From Malacoraja senta (Eukaryota), in NCBI GenBank assembly GCA_038087875.1, contig CM075997.1:682001-746000 (forward strand): DNA of 64,000 bases, read 5' to 3'. Below the pieces are notes generated by a model. It was not told the DNA's origin, did no database searches, and saw only the letters and a program-made list of their open reading frames with translations. Position numbers and translations under genes: made by a program. Below are positions 25,287 to 38,704 of the stretch, piece by piece; the stretch's first letter is position 1, and every line of letters begins with the position of its first letter.

Positions 25287-25729
25287 ACTCAGGAAGGGTC
25301 TTTGTCGCATGTGAAACATCGCAGCGCACGAAATAATTGCCTCAGTTCTCAAATCACAACACTGTGGCGCAGCGGTAAAGTTGTTGCCTCACAGCGCCAG
25401 AGATCCGGGTTCGATCCTGGCTATGAGCGCTGTCTGTGCGGAGTTTGCATGTTCTACCTGTGACCCCATGGGTTTCCTCCTTGTGCTCCCGGTCTCCTTC
25501 CACGTTGCAAAGACGTGTAGGTTTGGCCAACAACCACCTCCCCTCCCTCACCTGTATCCTCCTATCACTCCATTGTCTAATTACAATAACCTCTGTAAAT
25601 TGCCCCGAGTGTGTAGGGAGTGTATGCAAAAGTGGAATAACATAGATCTAGTGTGAACGGCTGGTCGTTGGCCAGCATGGACTCAATGGGCCAAAAGGCC
25701 TGTTTCCACGCTATATCTCTGAACTAAAC

Positions 25730-26102
25730 AGATAAGATTGTTAAGGGTTTGGACACGCTAGAGGCAGGAAACATGTTCCCGATGTTGGGGGGGAGTCCAG
25801 AACCAGGGGCCACAGTTTAAGAATAAGGGGTAAGCCATTTAGTACAGAGACGAGGAAACACTTTTTCTCACAGAGAGTTGTGAGTCTTGGAATTCTCTGC
25901 CTCAGAGAGCGGTGGAGGCCGGTTCTCTGGATACTTTCAAGAGAGAGCTAGATAGGGCTCTTAAAGATAGCGGAGTCAGGGGATATGGGGAGAAGGCAGG
26001 AACGGGGTACTGATTGGGGATGATCAGCCATGATCACATTGAATGGCGGTGCTGGCTCGAAGGGCCGAATGGCCTACTCTTGCACCTATTGTCTATTGTC
26101 TA
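25730..26102 (+). mobile_element. CR1 LINE 3' fragment
   Basis: Same subfamily, with CTATTGT tail. Confidence 0.85.
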
Positions 26103-28989
26103 AACTAAACACTAAAAGAAAATTATTGGCTTTGATGCACCAAGGCAAATTCTTTGTATGTGAATACTTGGCCAATAAACTTATTCATGTCCTGAAGTCG
26201 TGAAAGGTGCCACAGAAATGCACGTTGAATTCAGTTTAGTTTATTGTCACGTGTACCGAGGTACACTGTAAAGCTTTCGTTGCGTGCTATCCAGTCAGCA
26301 GAAAGACAATACATGATTACAATCGAGCCATTTACAGTGTACAGATACATGGTAAAGGGAATAACGTTTAGTGCAAGGTAAAGTCTCATCCTTTGACAGT
26401 GAAGGAAGTTTAAACTGAAGACTAGTTCAAAGTGAGGGTTCTTTGAGACACTGGCAATGAATAGAGCATAATTAATTAGAGTTTATTACAGGCCTTGATA
26501 AATTCTTTCGGGTTTGAAATCCAGTCTATTCAGCAAGTCAGTAGGAAAACCTTTGCCCTTTTTCTCCCCTTTCACTGTGAATTGGAAGGGGTAGAACCTG
26601 ATACTGGAGGTGCCTGCATTTTACAATTAAAGCCTTATATATTTCTGAATGCATCCCACACCTGTTAATTAGTAGTTTTAACTTTCATCCTTTCTTGAGC
26701 AAAGTTCCTTTTCATTTGCCATTTGCTTGTTGTTTGGGGAGGGGCTGGGGGAGTGTGTGTGTGTGTGTTGGGGGTGGGGGGGGCTGGGTGATACATTGGC
26801 TGCAAGTTGTCAGCATTGAGTTGGTAGGATGGTTAGTGGTACACTTAATTCTCTTGGGCCCCAGCGGCGAGGATTAGAAAACCCAGCCTCCGTTGAAGTG
26901 CCTTGACTTGAAAGAGAACCAGGGAATATCTCCTGTGTTCAACCTCCCCTCCTCAGTCCACCGGCTCCTGTCAGTCTAATTAAGATCCCTGGACATGGCT
27001 CCTGGAAACAAAAAACTGGTTCTTGCGTCTCGTCGCGCAGTGCTTCACTCCAAACTTGTGTCGAAACAAGAAACAGCAGATGCTGGTTAAACCAAGAAAA
27101 GACACAACCTGCTCAATTAAATGTTCCCCATGTTGGGGGAGTCCAGAACCAGGGGTCACACAGTTTAAGTATAAGGGGTGGGTCATTTAGGACTGAGATG
27201 AGGAAAAACATTTTCACCCAGAGAGTTGTGAATCTGTGGAATTCTCTGCCACAGATGGTAGTGGAGGCCAATTCACTGGATGTTTTCAAGAGAGAGTTAG
27301 ATATAGCTCTTTGGGCTAACGGAATCAAGGGATATGGGGAGATAGCAGGAACGGGGTACTGATTTTGGATGATCAGCCATGATCATATTGAATGGCGGTG
27401 CTGGCTCGAAGGGCCGAATGGCCTACACCTGCACCTATTGTCTATGTTTCTATGTAACTCAGCGGGCCAGGCAACCTTCCCTCCATTGACGAACTGCAAG
27501 GGCCAGGAAGTGAGCGGGCAAGATCATCTCTGACCCCTCTCACCCTGGCCACAAACTCTTTGAATCACTTCCCTCTGGAAGGCGACTCCGGACTGTCAAA
27601 GCCGCCACAGCCAGACATAAAAACAGCTTTTTTTCCCACGAGTAGTAGTTCTACTCAATAACCAAAAATCTGTAGCCTCCTTTTGCTCTGGTATTTTATT
27701 TAATTCACATGTTTAATCGATAATGTTTTATTATTAATGTTTCATGCTTTATGTGTCATTCTTCATCGTCACTGTATGTCATGTTGTCACTTGCGGGCAG
27801 AGCACCAAGGCAAATTCCTTGTATGTGAACATACTTGGCCAATAACCTTATTCATTCATTCATTCATCTCTGAAGAACATGGATACGTGAATAGATGGAG
27901 ACGTCGCCCATTCCTTCTCTCCAGAGATGCTGGGACTGGGACCTGCAATGAAGCTGAAGAATAACACAATGGCCTTTAATTTTAGACTCCTCAACCTTAG
28001 AAAAAAGACTGTGACCATTCCCCTTATCTACAATCCTCAAGATTTTATTGACTCCAAATGCGGTCTCACCACCATCTTGTGCAGCTTGATGGTCCTTTAT
28101 ATGTCACGTGCAAATGTACAGTGAAATTCCTTTTGCATGTTTTGGCGTCATCCACCCACGCACTTGCTTCACTGGACCGATTTTTGGCATGTCATTACCA
28201 AAGTCCAAAGTCCGATCCACCCACGCGCTTGGGCGACTGGAACGGCAGTAACAACTCCTGAACTAAATCCCCCAAGGCTGCCAAATGGACTCTTCACCAC
28301 AGCTAGACACAAAATGCCGGAGTAACTCAGCGGGTGAGGCAGCATCTCTGGAGAGAAGGAATGGGCGACGTCTCTTCGCCACCCTGTCTACCTGCGACAC
28401 CACTTTTAAAATAACAATCTTTAGTTTTGTTTATTGTCATGTGTACCGAGGTACAGTGAAAAGCTATAATTGCGTGCTCACCAATTAGCAGAAAGACGAT
28501 ACGTGATTTTAATAAGGCCAATCACAGTGTACAGATACATAATAAGGGAATAACGTTCAGTGTAGGATCAAGGTAGTAAAGTCCAATCAAAGATAGTCCG
28601 CAGGTCTCCAATGAGGTAGATAGTAGTTCAGGATAGCTCTCTAGTTGATGGCAGGTCTGATAACAGCTGGGAAGAAACTGTGCAGGAAAGAACTGCAGAT
28701 GCTGGTTTAAATCAAAGGTAGACACAAACTGCTGGAGTAACTCAACGGGACAGGCAGCATCTCTTTTTGTTTCGGGCCAAGATAAAATCCCTGAACCTGG
28801 AAGTATACTTGTATCCCAAAAGTCTCTCTGTTCTGTAACACACTCCAGGGCCCTGCCATTTACTGAGTAAGTCCTGCCCTGGTTTAAATTCCTAAAATGC
28901 AACACTTAACACTTGTCCAGATTAAATTTCATCTTCTACCTTACGTAACGAAGTGAAATGTTTACCTGCCGTTTCCTTGTTCTCCACTG

Positions 28990-29021
<32 letters not shown>

Positions 29022-29792
29022 GATTTTATTTATGGGCGCCTATACAAAAGTCTCAAGGACACCTTACAAAATTTAACAAAGAAACATATAATCAGAGTAA
29101 AATAAGTTATAAAGACATCACCAATACACAAATTAAAGACAGAAATTCGATCCAAAAAAGACAACAACAAAATTCAGAAACACAATGTGAAGGGAGAGCA
29201 GCGGCAGCCAAACCGCGCCAGCGTCCACTCTCCCTTCCGACCGCCATCTTGGACAAAGACTAACATAGACACTACACACCACACACAAAATCATCCCCCC
29301 ACAATGGTTACCACTGTGGGGGAAGGCACAATGTCCAGTCCCGAACCCCAGTTCTCCCCAAAGTCAGGCCTATTGAGGCCTCCACAGTTGCCTCTACGGA
29401 GGCCCGATGTTCCTGGCCGTTCTCGCCGGGTGCAGTTGCCCCGGCGTCGGGAGAGTCCTCGCAGCGGCTGGAACGGCTGGAACGGCCGATTTCCTACCGG
29501 AGTCCGTGGCACCGTGATATGTCGATGTTCCCTTTCTCCAGCGCCTGGAATGCTTTCATTCCTCTCCACCTTTATATGTACTTAAAGAACCCTTGTTTTT
29601 CTTTTGTCCTCGATAGTTTGACCACATAGTTTATTTCCCCTCTCTTTACTATTTTCTTTGTGGCCCGCCTTACTGGATTCTGAATTTAGTTTATTATAGC
29701 CATGTGTACCGAGGTACAGTGAATAGCTTTTGTTTGCAATCCAGTCAACAAGAAGACGATACATGATTACTTTAGACTTTACTTTAGTGTTA

Positions 29793-30058
29793 AGGACTTG
29801 TCCCACTTGGCGATTTTTTTCGACGACAGCCGGCGTCATTGACTGACGTATCAGGGTTGCGGAAAGATTTTGAACATTTCAATATCCAGCGGCGACAAAA
29901 AAAAAAATTGCGACACTTGAAGAGACAGCGCGCGCCAATACGTCGTCACGCTGCATCATGCCACGACTTTTTCGGTGACCTGATACCTCAGTCAACGATG
30001 CCGACAGTCGGCGAAAAAATCGCCAAAAATGATGCCGACAGTCGCCGAAAAAATCGCT
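29793..30058. mobile_element. Truncated MITE of the same family
   Basis: Left TIR aggacttgtcccactt; interior related to 38427-38704; right TIR missing. Confidence 0.6.
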
Positions 30059-30904
30059 TGTTTAACCTTTATAACATGGCCTCTCACCATGAGTGGCAGG
30101 TAGTTATCCTTCGGTCCTCCAAGTCCGCGCCAACCAGCGATCACCCCGTACACTAGCGCAATCCTACACAGTAGGGCCAATTTGCAATTTCCAGAAGCCA
30201 ATTAAACGACAAACCTGTACGTCTTTGGAGTGCGGGAGGAAGCTGGACCTCGGAGAAAACGCATGCAGTCACGGGGAGAACGTACAAACTCCGTAGAGAC
30301 AGCACCCGTAGTCAGGATTGAACCCGGGTCTCTGGCACTGTGAGGCAGCAACTCCACCGCTGTGCCACCGTGCCGCCCTCTGTCTTCTTTTCACCTCTCT
30401 TACTCCAACCATCTGGCAAACAACCGTCTCCCCTCCCTCACCCATATCCACCCATCACTCCATTGTCTAATTACAATCACCTACGCAGTGTGAAGAAGGG
30501 TTGCGACCCAAAACGTTGTCCAGCAATTCTCTACCCAGATGCTGCCTGACCAGCTGAGTTCCTCCAGCACTTTGTGTTGTGCTCGAGATTCCAGCATCAG
30601 CAGTTTCTCGTGTCTCCACCTAATCCTAACTATGTCTGGGTGATATGACCTCTCCACGAACAGCAGTCCCACAAGCCCAAGTTCACTTCAAGTAGAGGCT
30701 CATTATCCGTAAGCCTCTTACAAAAAGAATGGAAATCAAATTGTTCGGAGCCCGAGGCCGTGTCTTCACTCATTCATCAGGCCCCTTTCCTTGTAAGGAC
30801 TGAATTTCATACTTAGATTTACCCCGTCCAATTTACTTCCATTCCATTATTTCACAGTAATTATTCCATTATTACCTCAGGAACAATTTTAATACCATTT
30901 ATTT

Positions 30905-31203
30905 TTAGTTTAAGAGATACAGCGTGGAAACAGGCCCTTCGGCCCACCGAGTCCATGCCAACCAGTGATCACCACACACTAACACGATCCTACACACACA
31001 CTAGGGGACAATTAACAATTTTACTGAAGCCATTTAACCAAGCAAACCTGTACATCTTTGGAGGAAACCGGAGCACCCGGAGAAAACCCACGCAGGTCAC
31101 AGGGGTGAACGTGCAAACTCCGTACAAACAGCACCCGTGGTCCGGATCGAACCTGAATCTCTGGCGCTGAGAGGCAATGACTCTACCACTGTGCCACCGT
31201 GCC
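30905..31203 (-). mobile_element. HE1-type V-SINE
   Basis: Same tripartite structure. Confidence 0.8.
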
Positions 31204-32473
31204 ATCCCGTATAAAGGGCATTTGGGCAGATACATGGATGGGAAAGGTTTAGAGGGATATGGGCCAAATGGGACTAGCGTAGATGTGGCATCTCAGTCAG
31301 CATGAACGAGATGGGCTGAAGGGCCTGTTTCTGTGCTGTATGACTCAAAAGCCTCCGATCAGAGCCAGTGACCTTTCCATACTCCCACACACGAAAGAGA
31401 AAAGTGGAAGGCACTGCATGTTTTGAGGTTGCTTACTTCCTCAATTACCCAATTGAAAATTACTTGAAGGCAACGTTGCTGAAATAGTTTGTGTTAGAAA
31501 TGTTAAGCCACACTTGAAAGGTTTTATGATGGAAGATCTCTTTCAAATCCCAGAAAAGACACAAAGTGCTGGAGTAACTCAGCGGATCAAGCGGCATCTC
31601 TGGAGCCTGACCTGCTGAGTTACTCCAGCTCTCTGTCGTCTGTCCTCAGTTTAAACCAGTTCCTCCTTGCAGAGCAACTCTGGAGAACCCTTCTTCAGAC
31701 TTGAACTGACCTTGAAACGTCACTTATCCATGGTAGACAAAAGTGCTGGAGAAACTCAGCGGGTGCAGCAGCATCTATGGAGCGAAGGAAATAGGCAACG
31801 TTTCGGGCCGAAACCCTTCTTCAGACCCATGTTCTCCAGAGATACGACCTGACCCACTGAGTTATTCCAGCACTTTGTGTCTACTGGCCAGCATCTGCAG
31901 TTCCTCGTACCTGTCTATCAAATCTGCTCCTTTAACCTTTATAACATTGCCTCTCAGCATAAGTGGCAGGTAGTTATTGTGCCTCTCTTGGAGGTGGGGC
32001 AAAGAGGCTGGCCGTTGCTATGGAGTGTAGGCCTTGACTCAGATCAGAGTGCCGTAGGCCCAGCCAGCTGGCACTGGCTAACTAGATCAGCATGGTCTTT
32101 CTGCTGACTGGTTAGCACACAACAAAAGCTTTTCACTGTACCTCGGTACACGTGACACTAAACTAAACCCAAATAAACTCACAGGAGCACCTTACCAAGG
32201 TCAAAAGAGTGCACAAAAACAATATATATGTAAAACAATTAGTTAGATGGTGACAACAGTGGCACTGGTACATCTGCTGCCTCACAGAGCAGGGTTCAAT
32301 CCTGACCTCGGGTGTTGTCCATGTGTATGTGGAGTTTGCACGTTCTCCCTGTGACCACGTGGGTTTTCTCCAGGTGCTCCGGTTCCCTCCCGCATCCCAA
32401 AGACGTGCAGGTTTGTCGGTTAATCGGCCCTCATTTAATTGCTCCCTAGTGTGTAGGGAGTGGATGAGAAAGT

Positions 32474-32726
32474 CAAGTCAAGTCGAGTCACATTTATTTA
32501 TATAGCACATTTAATAAACAACTCTCGTTGGCCAAAGTGCTTTACATTTGTTATAAGAAACAGCACAACAAATCAAACTACATACATATATACATGTAGC
32601 CCTCACTCAGAGGACGTCAGGAAAGGCTTGGGAGTATAGATAAGTCTTTAGTCTTGACTTAAAAGGAGGGGGCGGTTCTGATGGGAAAGGGGATGCCGTT
32701 CCACAGTCTAGGGGCTGCAACCGCAA
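32474..32726 (-). mobile_element. L2-type LINE 3' fragment
   Basis: FAVAAPRLWNGIP peptide and a TGTAAAGCACTTTG...TGCTATATAAATAAA tail on the minus strand. Confidence 0.7.
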
Positions 32727-32734
32727 AGTGGGAC

Positions 32735-32788
32735 GGGGTGGAAGATTGCAACCTTCACGTGGTCCGCCCTGTTTCGACTAATGCAATC
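32735..32788 (+). ncRNA. Minimal HDV-like (CPEB3-like) self-cleaving ribozyme fold
   Basis: P1 GGGGTGG/CCGCCCT with G1.U wobble, P2 GATTGCA/TGCAATC, P3 ACC/GGT, L3 TTCACGT, then GT-TTCG-A in place of P4 and J4/2 C-TAA (putative catalytic C32778). Confidence 0.85.
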
Positions 32789-32875
32789 AACTCGACGTGC
32801 ACAAACGGAAGATCAAATAGAACAAGTTGTCCGACAACGTTAGGCTGTGCACGCCACACGACAGAAGAAGAAGAC
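32735..32875 (+). mobile_element. ~140-nt non-autonomous retroposon: HDV-like ribozyme + LINE-like 3' end + (GAA)n tail
   Basis: Flanked by AGTGGGA(C/T) at 32727-32734 and 32876-32883. Ends in cacgccacacgacagaagaagaag. A homologous copy is at 16127-16264. Confidence 0.8.
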
Positions 32876-35235
32876 AGTGGGATAGAATAGAACTAGTGTG
32901 AGCGGGTCGGCGTGGACTCTGTGGAACAAAGGTCCTATTTCCATGCTGTATCTCTAAAACTAAACACCAATTTAACCTCAGCTGAGAGCAGGAGTCGTGG
33001 AGCTACCAACAGATCCAAACAGGAAAGTAATAGAATAAAATTGGCTGATCTTCCCCCTAAATATTTGACTGGGTCGTTGCATGTGTAGCCAACCTTTGCA
33101 ACTCCTGTATCATCATCATCGCCTTTGTGCTTGGATTACGGTTGATCCCTGAAGCTTGATATGGTTAAGGGCCACACAGAGCAGGCAGATGCTGAAAACC
33201 ACAGACTGAAATCTGAACCACAGTCTGAAGAAGTGTCTCGACCCGAAACGTCACCCATTCCTTCTCTCCAGGGATGCTGCCTGTCCCGCTGAGTTACTCC
33301 AGCTTTTTGGTGTCTATCTTCGACTGAAATATAAAGTCGGACCTTGACTTCCTACTGCACAGTGCACTTTGTCAGAAGTGACCCACACCACCCTGGCCAC
33401 GTCTCATTTCACTCCTGCCATCGGGAAGAAGGTACAGGAGCTCCCGGTTAAGGAACAGCTTCTTCCCGACAGCCAATAGGCTATAAAACGCTACATCCTC
33501 TGAACTTCTCTCCAAACTATATAGACTTGGGATATTATTTTATTTCTGATTGTCTGTTTTAAAAATATATATATACTGTACTTTATTTTCTTGTTTATTT
33601 TGGGTTTTATAATGTACTATGTCACATATCTGTTGTGCTGCTACAAGTAAGAATTTACTGGTAATTGTTCCATTTCAGGACAAAGGACAATAAAACACTC
33701 GACTCGAGCACTTTTCAGCTAATGAAACGTAGAAACATAAAAAAATAGGTGCAGGAGCAGGCCATTCGGCCCTTCAAGCCAGCACTGCCATTCAATATGA
33801 TCATGGCTGATCATCCAGAATCAGTACCCCGTTCCTGCATTCTCCCTATATCCCTTGATTCCGGTAGCCCAAAGAGCTCTATCTAACTTTCTCTTGAAAA
33901 CATCCAGTGAATTGGCCTCCACTGCCTTCTGTGGCAGAGAATTCCACAGACCGTGGAATTTCACAGATTATGAAATGCTTAAGCAGCTCGATGCAGGAAA
34001 TGCAGCTGCCAAATGCAGCATGGTCGGACCTCAAGAGCAGCGTTGCAGTAATAGGCAGTGATGAGCATGAAATCGTTTAGTTTAGTTTGGAGATTAGTTT
34101 AGAGATATGGCGGGGAAACATGCCCTTCGGCCCACCGAGTCCGTGCTGGCCAACAATCACCCCGTACTCTAGTTCGATCCCACACACTGGGGACAATTTA
34201 CAGAAGCCAATTAACCAACCAACCTGTACCCCTTTGGAGTGTGGGAGGAATGCAGAGCACCCGGAGAAAACCCACGCAGGTCACAGGGAACACGTGCAAA
34301 CTCCGCACAGACAGCACCCATAGTCAGGATCGAACCCTGGTCTGTGGCGCTGTGAGGCAGCAACTCTACCGGGATACCTGCGAGCGCCAGGGGCGATCCC
34401 AACATTTAAGAAGCAATTAGACAGGTACATGGATTGGACAGGTTTAGAGGGATATGGGCCAAACGCAGGCAGGTGGGACTAGTGTAGATGGGACATGTTG
34501 GTCGGTGTGGGAAAGTTGGTGTTTCCACACTGTATGACTTTATGATAGACGCAAAGTGGTGGAGTAACTCAGCGGGTCAGGCAGCATCTCTGGAGAGACT
34601 TCAGCGAAACGTCACCCATCCTTTTTCTCCAGAGATGCTGCCTGACCCGCTGAGTTATTCCATCACTTGCGGTCTATACGCAAGCAGGGCAGCCTTACAT
34701 CATGTCCTTGGAGCTCAGTCACTAACACAGCCTGACGTTAGGGACTTTGATGTACTTTTCATGCTAGCACGTTGAGTGGCAGGTCAGTGTGAAAGTCGAG
34801 TGTGATTTGGTTTGGAGAGGAGCTGGGGAATTGTACACTCGGGGCGACCCACCATTCCAGCTAATCCCTGCTGTGAGCCACATTGCTGCAGTCTAATCCT
34901 GTGTCAGTCAAAGCAGGTTTAGCAGGGGGTTGGAGACTCAGGGAGGTGCTGACTGGGGAGTCGTGGAGCCCTGGAGTCACACAGCACGGAGACAGGCCCT
35001 TCGGCCTAACCAGGCCTTGCCGACCAACGTGCCCCATCGACGCTCATCCCATTGGGCCCATATTCCTCTGACCATTTCCCAGCCATGTGCCCGTCCAAGT
35101 TTTTAAAAAATGTTATAGTGTCAAGGAGCTGTTACCAAATACATGTCGTGTGGTCATTAGAGTCATACAGCGTGGAGATAAGCCCTTCTGCCCAACTTGA
35201 CCACACCGACCCACCTGCCCATAACCCTCTAAATA

Positions 35236-35552
35236 GCGGTCACGCTGGCGCAGTGGCAGAGTAGCTGCCTTTCAGTGAATGCACGCCGGAGACCTGGGTT
35301 CGATCCTGACTACGGGTGCTGCCTGTACTGAGTTTGTACGTTCTCCCCGTGACCTGCGTAGGTTTTCTCCAGGAGCTCCGGTTTCCTCCCGCACTCCAGA
35401 GACGTCCAGGTTTGTAGGTTAATTGGCTTGTTGAAATGAGAAATTCTCCCTGGTGTGTGTAGGGTAGTGCTAGTGTGTGAGCATTGCTGGTCGGCATGGA
35501 CCTGGTGGGACGAAGGGCCTCTTTCTACGCTGTATCTCTAAATTAAACTAAA
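35236..35552 (+). mobile_element. HE1-type V-SINE, near full length
   Basis: tRNA-like head (tggcgcagtgg ... ggttcgatcc), V-domain (gagtttgtacgttctccccgtg...ccggtttcctccc) and a CR1-like tail with (TAAAC)n. Confidence 0.85.
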
Positions 35553-35580
35553 GAAAAAGGAGTTCCAGGAACACTTCAAA

Positions 35581-36110
35581 AATAGACAATAGACAATAGA
35601 CAATAGGTGCAGGAGTAGGCCATTCGGCCCTTCGAACCAGCACCGCCATTCAATGTGATCATGGCTGATCATCCCCAATCAGTCCCCCTTTCCTGCCTTC
35701 TCCCCATATCTCCTGACTCCGCTATTTTTAAGAGTCCTATCTAGCTCTCTCTTGAAAGCATCCAGACAACTTGCCTCCACCGCCCTCTGAGGCAGAGAAT
35801 TCCACAGACTCATCACTCTCTGTGAGAAAAAGTGTTTCCTCGTCTCCGTTCTAAATGGCTTACCCCTTATTCTTAAACTGTGGCCCCTGGTTCTGGACTC
35901 CCCCAACATCGGGAACATGTTTCCTGCCTCTAGCGTGTCCAAACCCTTAACAATCTTATATGTTTCAATGAGATGCCCTCTCATCCTTCTAAACTTTACG
36001 AGCCCTGCCGCTCCATTCTCTCAGCATATGACAGTCCCGCCATCCCGGGAATTAACCTTGTAAACCTACGCTGCACCCCCTCAATAGCAAGAATGTCCTT
36101 CCTCAAATTA
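35581..36110 (-). mobile_element. CR1 LINE 3' fragment
   Basis: ORF 35679-35984 (LIETYKI...SRTRGH...LWNSLP). Confidence 0.88.
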
Positions 36111-36714
36111 GAATACAAGCCAGAGTTTTATACCATTGCTGCTGTCCTGAGATCGAGATTAACAGAGTTATTTTTCTGTGAGAGCTCATTAGATCATGTG
36201 AGAAGCCCACCAGCTCTGGCGAGAGGGAGGAGATCTCAGTTGCTCGCCAAGCCCTGGTCTCCTTCTGTGACCCGTTTGACACAGCTGATAAAGTGAGGCC
36301 TTTGTTCTTTGTTGGCCGGCGCTAGGCCCTGGTACCACCCAGCCCGGTGATCCCGAGCACATGAGGCAACGTCACATGGCTGTTGGGTCCAATGGAGGGG
36401 GTAGCCTGCAGACTGGAGGATTTAGTGGATTAATATGGCCACGTGTCCGCATCAGGCGCTGAGCAATCAGTCCCTTATCCTTGAATGAGGTTCCTGTCGC
36501 TTCAGCCCAGGGAATTAGCCAGGCTTATGTTGTAGTACTTGATGAGAAATATTTCCCAGTGTTACAGACTCCCCAGCCACATTCCATCAGAATATTCTCT
36601 CCCGCTCTCTCTCCACATTCTGTTTCCTCTCTCTGCCTTTCTCTTCCCCACTGTTTTTCTTTCCCTTCTTCCTCTCTCATCTCCCCCACACAAAGTCCCG
36701 CTATGGTTTTATGG

Positions 36715-37006
36715 TTTTAGTAACAGCTCGGAAATAGGCCCTTCAGCCCACCGAGTCCGCGCCGACCAGCGATCCCCGCACACTCACACTATCCTACACA
36801 TACTAGGGCCAATTTATAATGATGCCAAGCCAATCAAACATGTACGTCTTTGGAGTGTGGGAGGAAACCGGAGCACCCGGAGAAAACCCACGCAGGTCAT
36901 GGGGAGAACGTACAAACTCCGTACAAACAGCACCAGCAGTCAGGATCGAACCCGGGTCTCTAGCGCTGTAGGGAAGCAACTCTACCGCTGCGCCACCGTG
37001 CTGCCC
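36715..37006 (-). mobile_element. HE1-type V-SINE
   Basis: Same tripartite structure on the minus strand. Confidence 0.85.
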
Positions 37007-37652
37007 TAAACTTTCTAAACTAAACTGAAAATTGTTCGTTTGAAGAAGGGTCTTGACCCAAAATGTCATCCATTCCTCCTAATGATGCTGTTTGTCCCGC
37101 TGAGTTACACCAGCATTTTGTGTCTATCTTCGGTTTAAACCAGCATCTGCAGTTCCGTCCCACACAATAATGAATAATAATGAATAATGAATAATAATAA
37201 TAATAATAATAATAATGAATAATGAAGAAGTCAATTGGCCAAGTATGTACACATACAAGGAATTTGCCTTGGTGCTCCGCTCGCAAGTAACAACATGGCA
37301 TAGAGTAAACCATTAAGAATAAAACATAAATCATTAAAACATTAGGAATAAAACATTATAGTTTTATTCTTAATTGTCCACCTTCCCCTGTTTAGCCCCT
37401 CCTCTAGGGGTGCGCTAGGCGCTAGGTGAACGTACAAACTCCAGTAGTTAGGATGGAACCTAACTCTACCGCTGCACAACTGTGCCGCCCTATGGATAGG
37501 AAGGATATGGGCTAAAAGGGGATGTGGGCTCTAGAGGGATATGGGCAAAAAGCAGGCTGTTGGGAAAGTCATGCTTCATTGGGGCATCTTGGTCGGCATG
37601 GATGAGTTGGGCAGAAGGACCTGTCTCGAAGTGAAGATGTGGGGAGAAGTTA

Positions 37653-38704
37653 AGGGCCTGTCCCACTTAGGCGATTTTTTAGGCGACTGCCGGCGACTGT
37701 CACAGTCGCAGGAGGTCGCCCAAAAACTGGCGACTGGACCCCGCCCTACGACAATGTCTACGGCAACCTACCACCTAGTCTTTTGGGCTTTTCTATACTT
37801 CAACCATAATCTTTGAGATGAAAGGCAAAGTATTGGAGAAGGCAGGAATGAGGTACTGATTGGGGATGATCAGCCATGATCACATTGAATGGCGGTGCTG
37901 GCTTGAAGGGCCGAATGGCCTACTCCTGCACCTATTGTCTATTGTCTATTGTCGGCGTCAAGCTACCGACAATCGGCGACCCATTAGGACGTCCACCTAC
38001 GACCACACCTACGATCACACAGGCGACAACCTACGACAACCGGTCAAACCTACGTCCAACTGCGACCAGCTACGACAATCTACGAACCTGTCGGCGACAA
38101 CGGAAAACAATTCAGTTGCCGGTACCTGTCGCCGGTTGACGTAGGTAGTCGCCAATGGAATTCACCGAAGTCAGCATCCGCCGACAACCAACGTCACCTG
38201 GCGGCAACTACGACAGCACCTACGTCAGGAGAAGTCAAGCTACGCTCATTGGCGTCAAGCCCACTGTCGCCGAAAAATGTTGAATATGTTGAAAATCCAG
38301 CGGCAACCAGGCAGACGCTACGATTCTTTGGGCGACTGAGGAGACCACTCACGACCATACAGGCGACACCCCGGCAACCATGTGGCGACAGCCTAGTCCC
38401 CTGTAGTCGCCTAAAAAACAGCCTAAAGGGCCTGTCCCACTTGGCGATTTTTTCGGCGACTGCCTGCAACATTAACTGACGTATAAGGTCACCAAAAAAT
38501 TTGCAGCGTGAGGCGGCGTGATGACGCATGACGCGGCGTGATGACGCATGACGCGGCGTGATGACGTATTGACGCGCGGTGTTTTTTCCAAGTGTCGCAA
38601 CATTTTTTTTGTCGCCGCTGGATTTTGAAATGTTCAAAATCTTTTGGCGACACTGATATGACGCCAGCAGTCGCCGAAAAAAATCACCGAGCGGGACAGG
38701 CCCT
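37653..38704. mobile_element. Two nested Harbinger-type MITEs (37653-38426 and 38427-38704)
   Basis: Two left TIRs at 37653 and 38427, right TIR ending at 38704, TWA flanks. The first element also contains a CR1 tail. Confidence 0.75.

Noticed and set aside
35236..35310. tRNA genes (A/B-box sequences here and at other copies)
   Set aside because: These are SINE heads continuing into a V-domain and LINE tail; I could not fold a complete cloverleaf.
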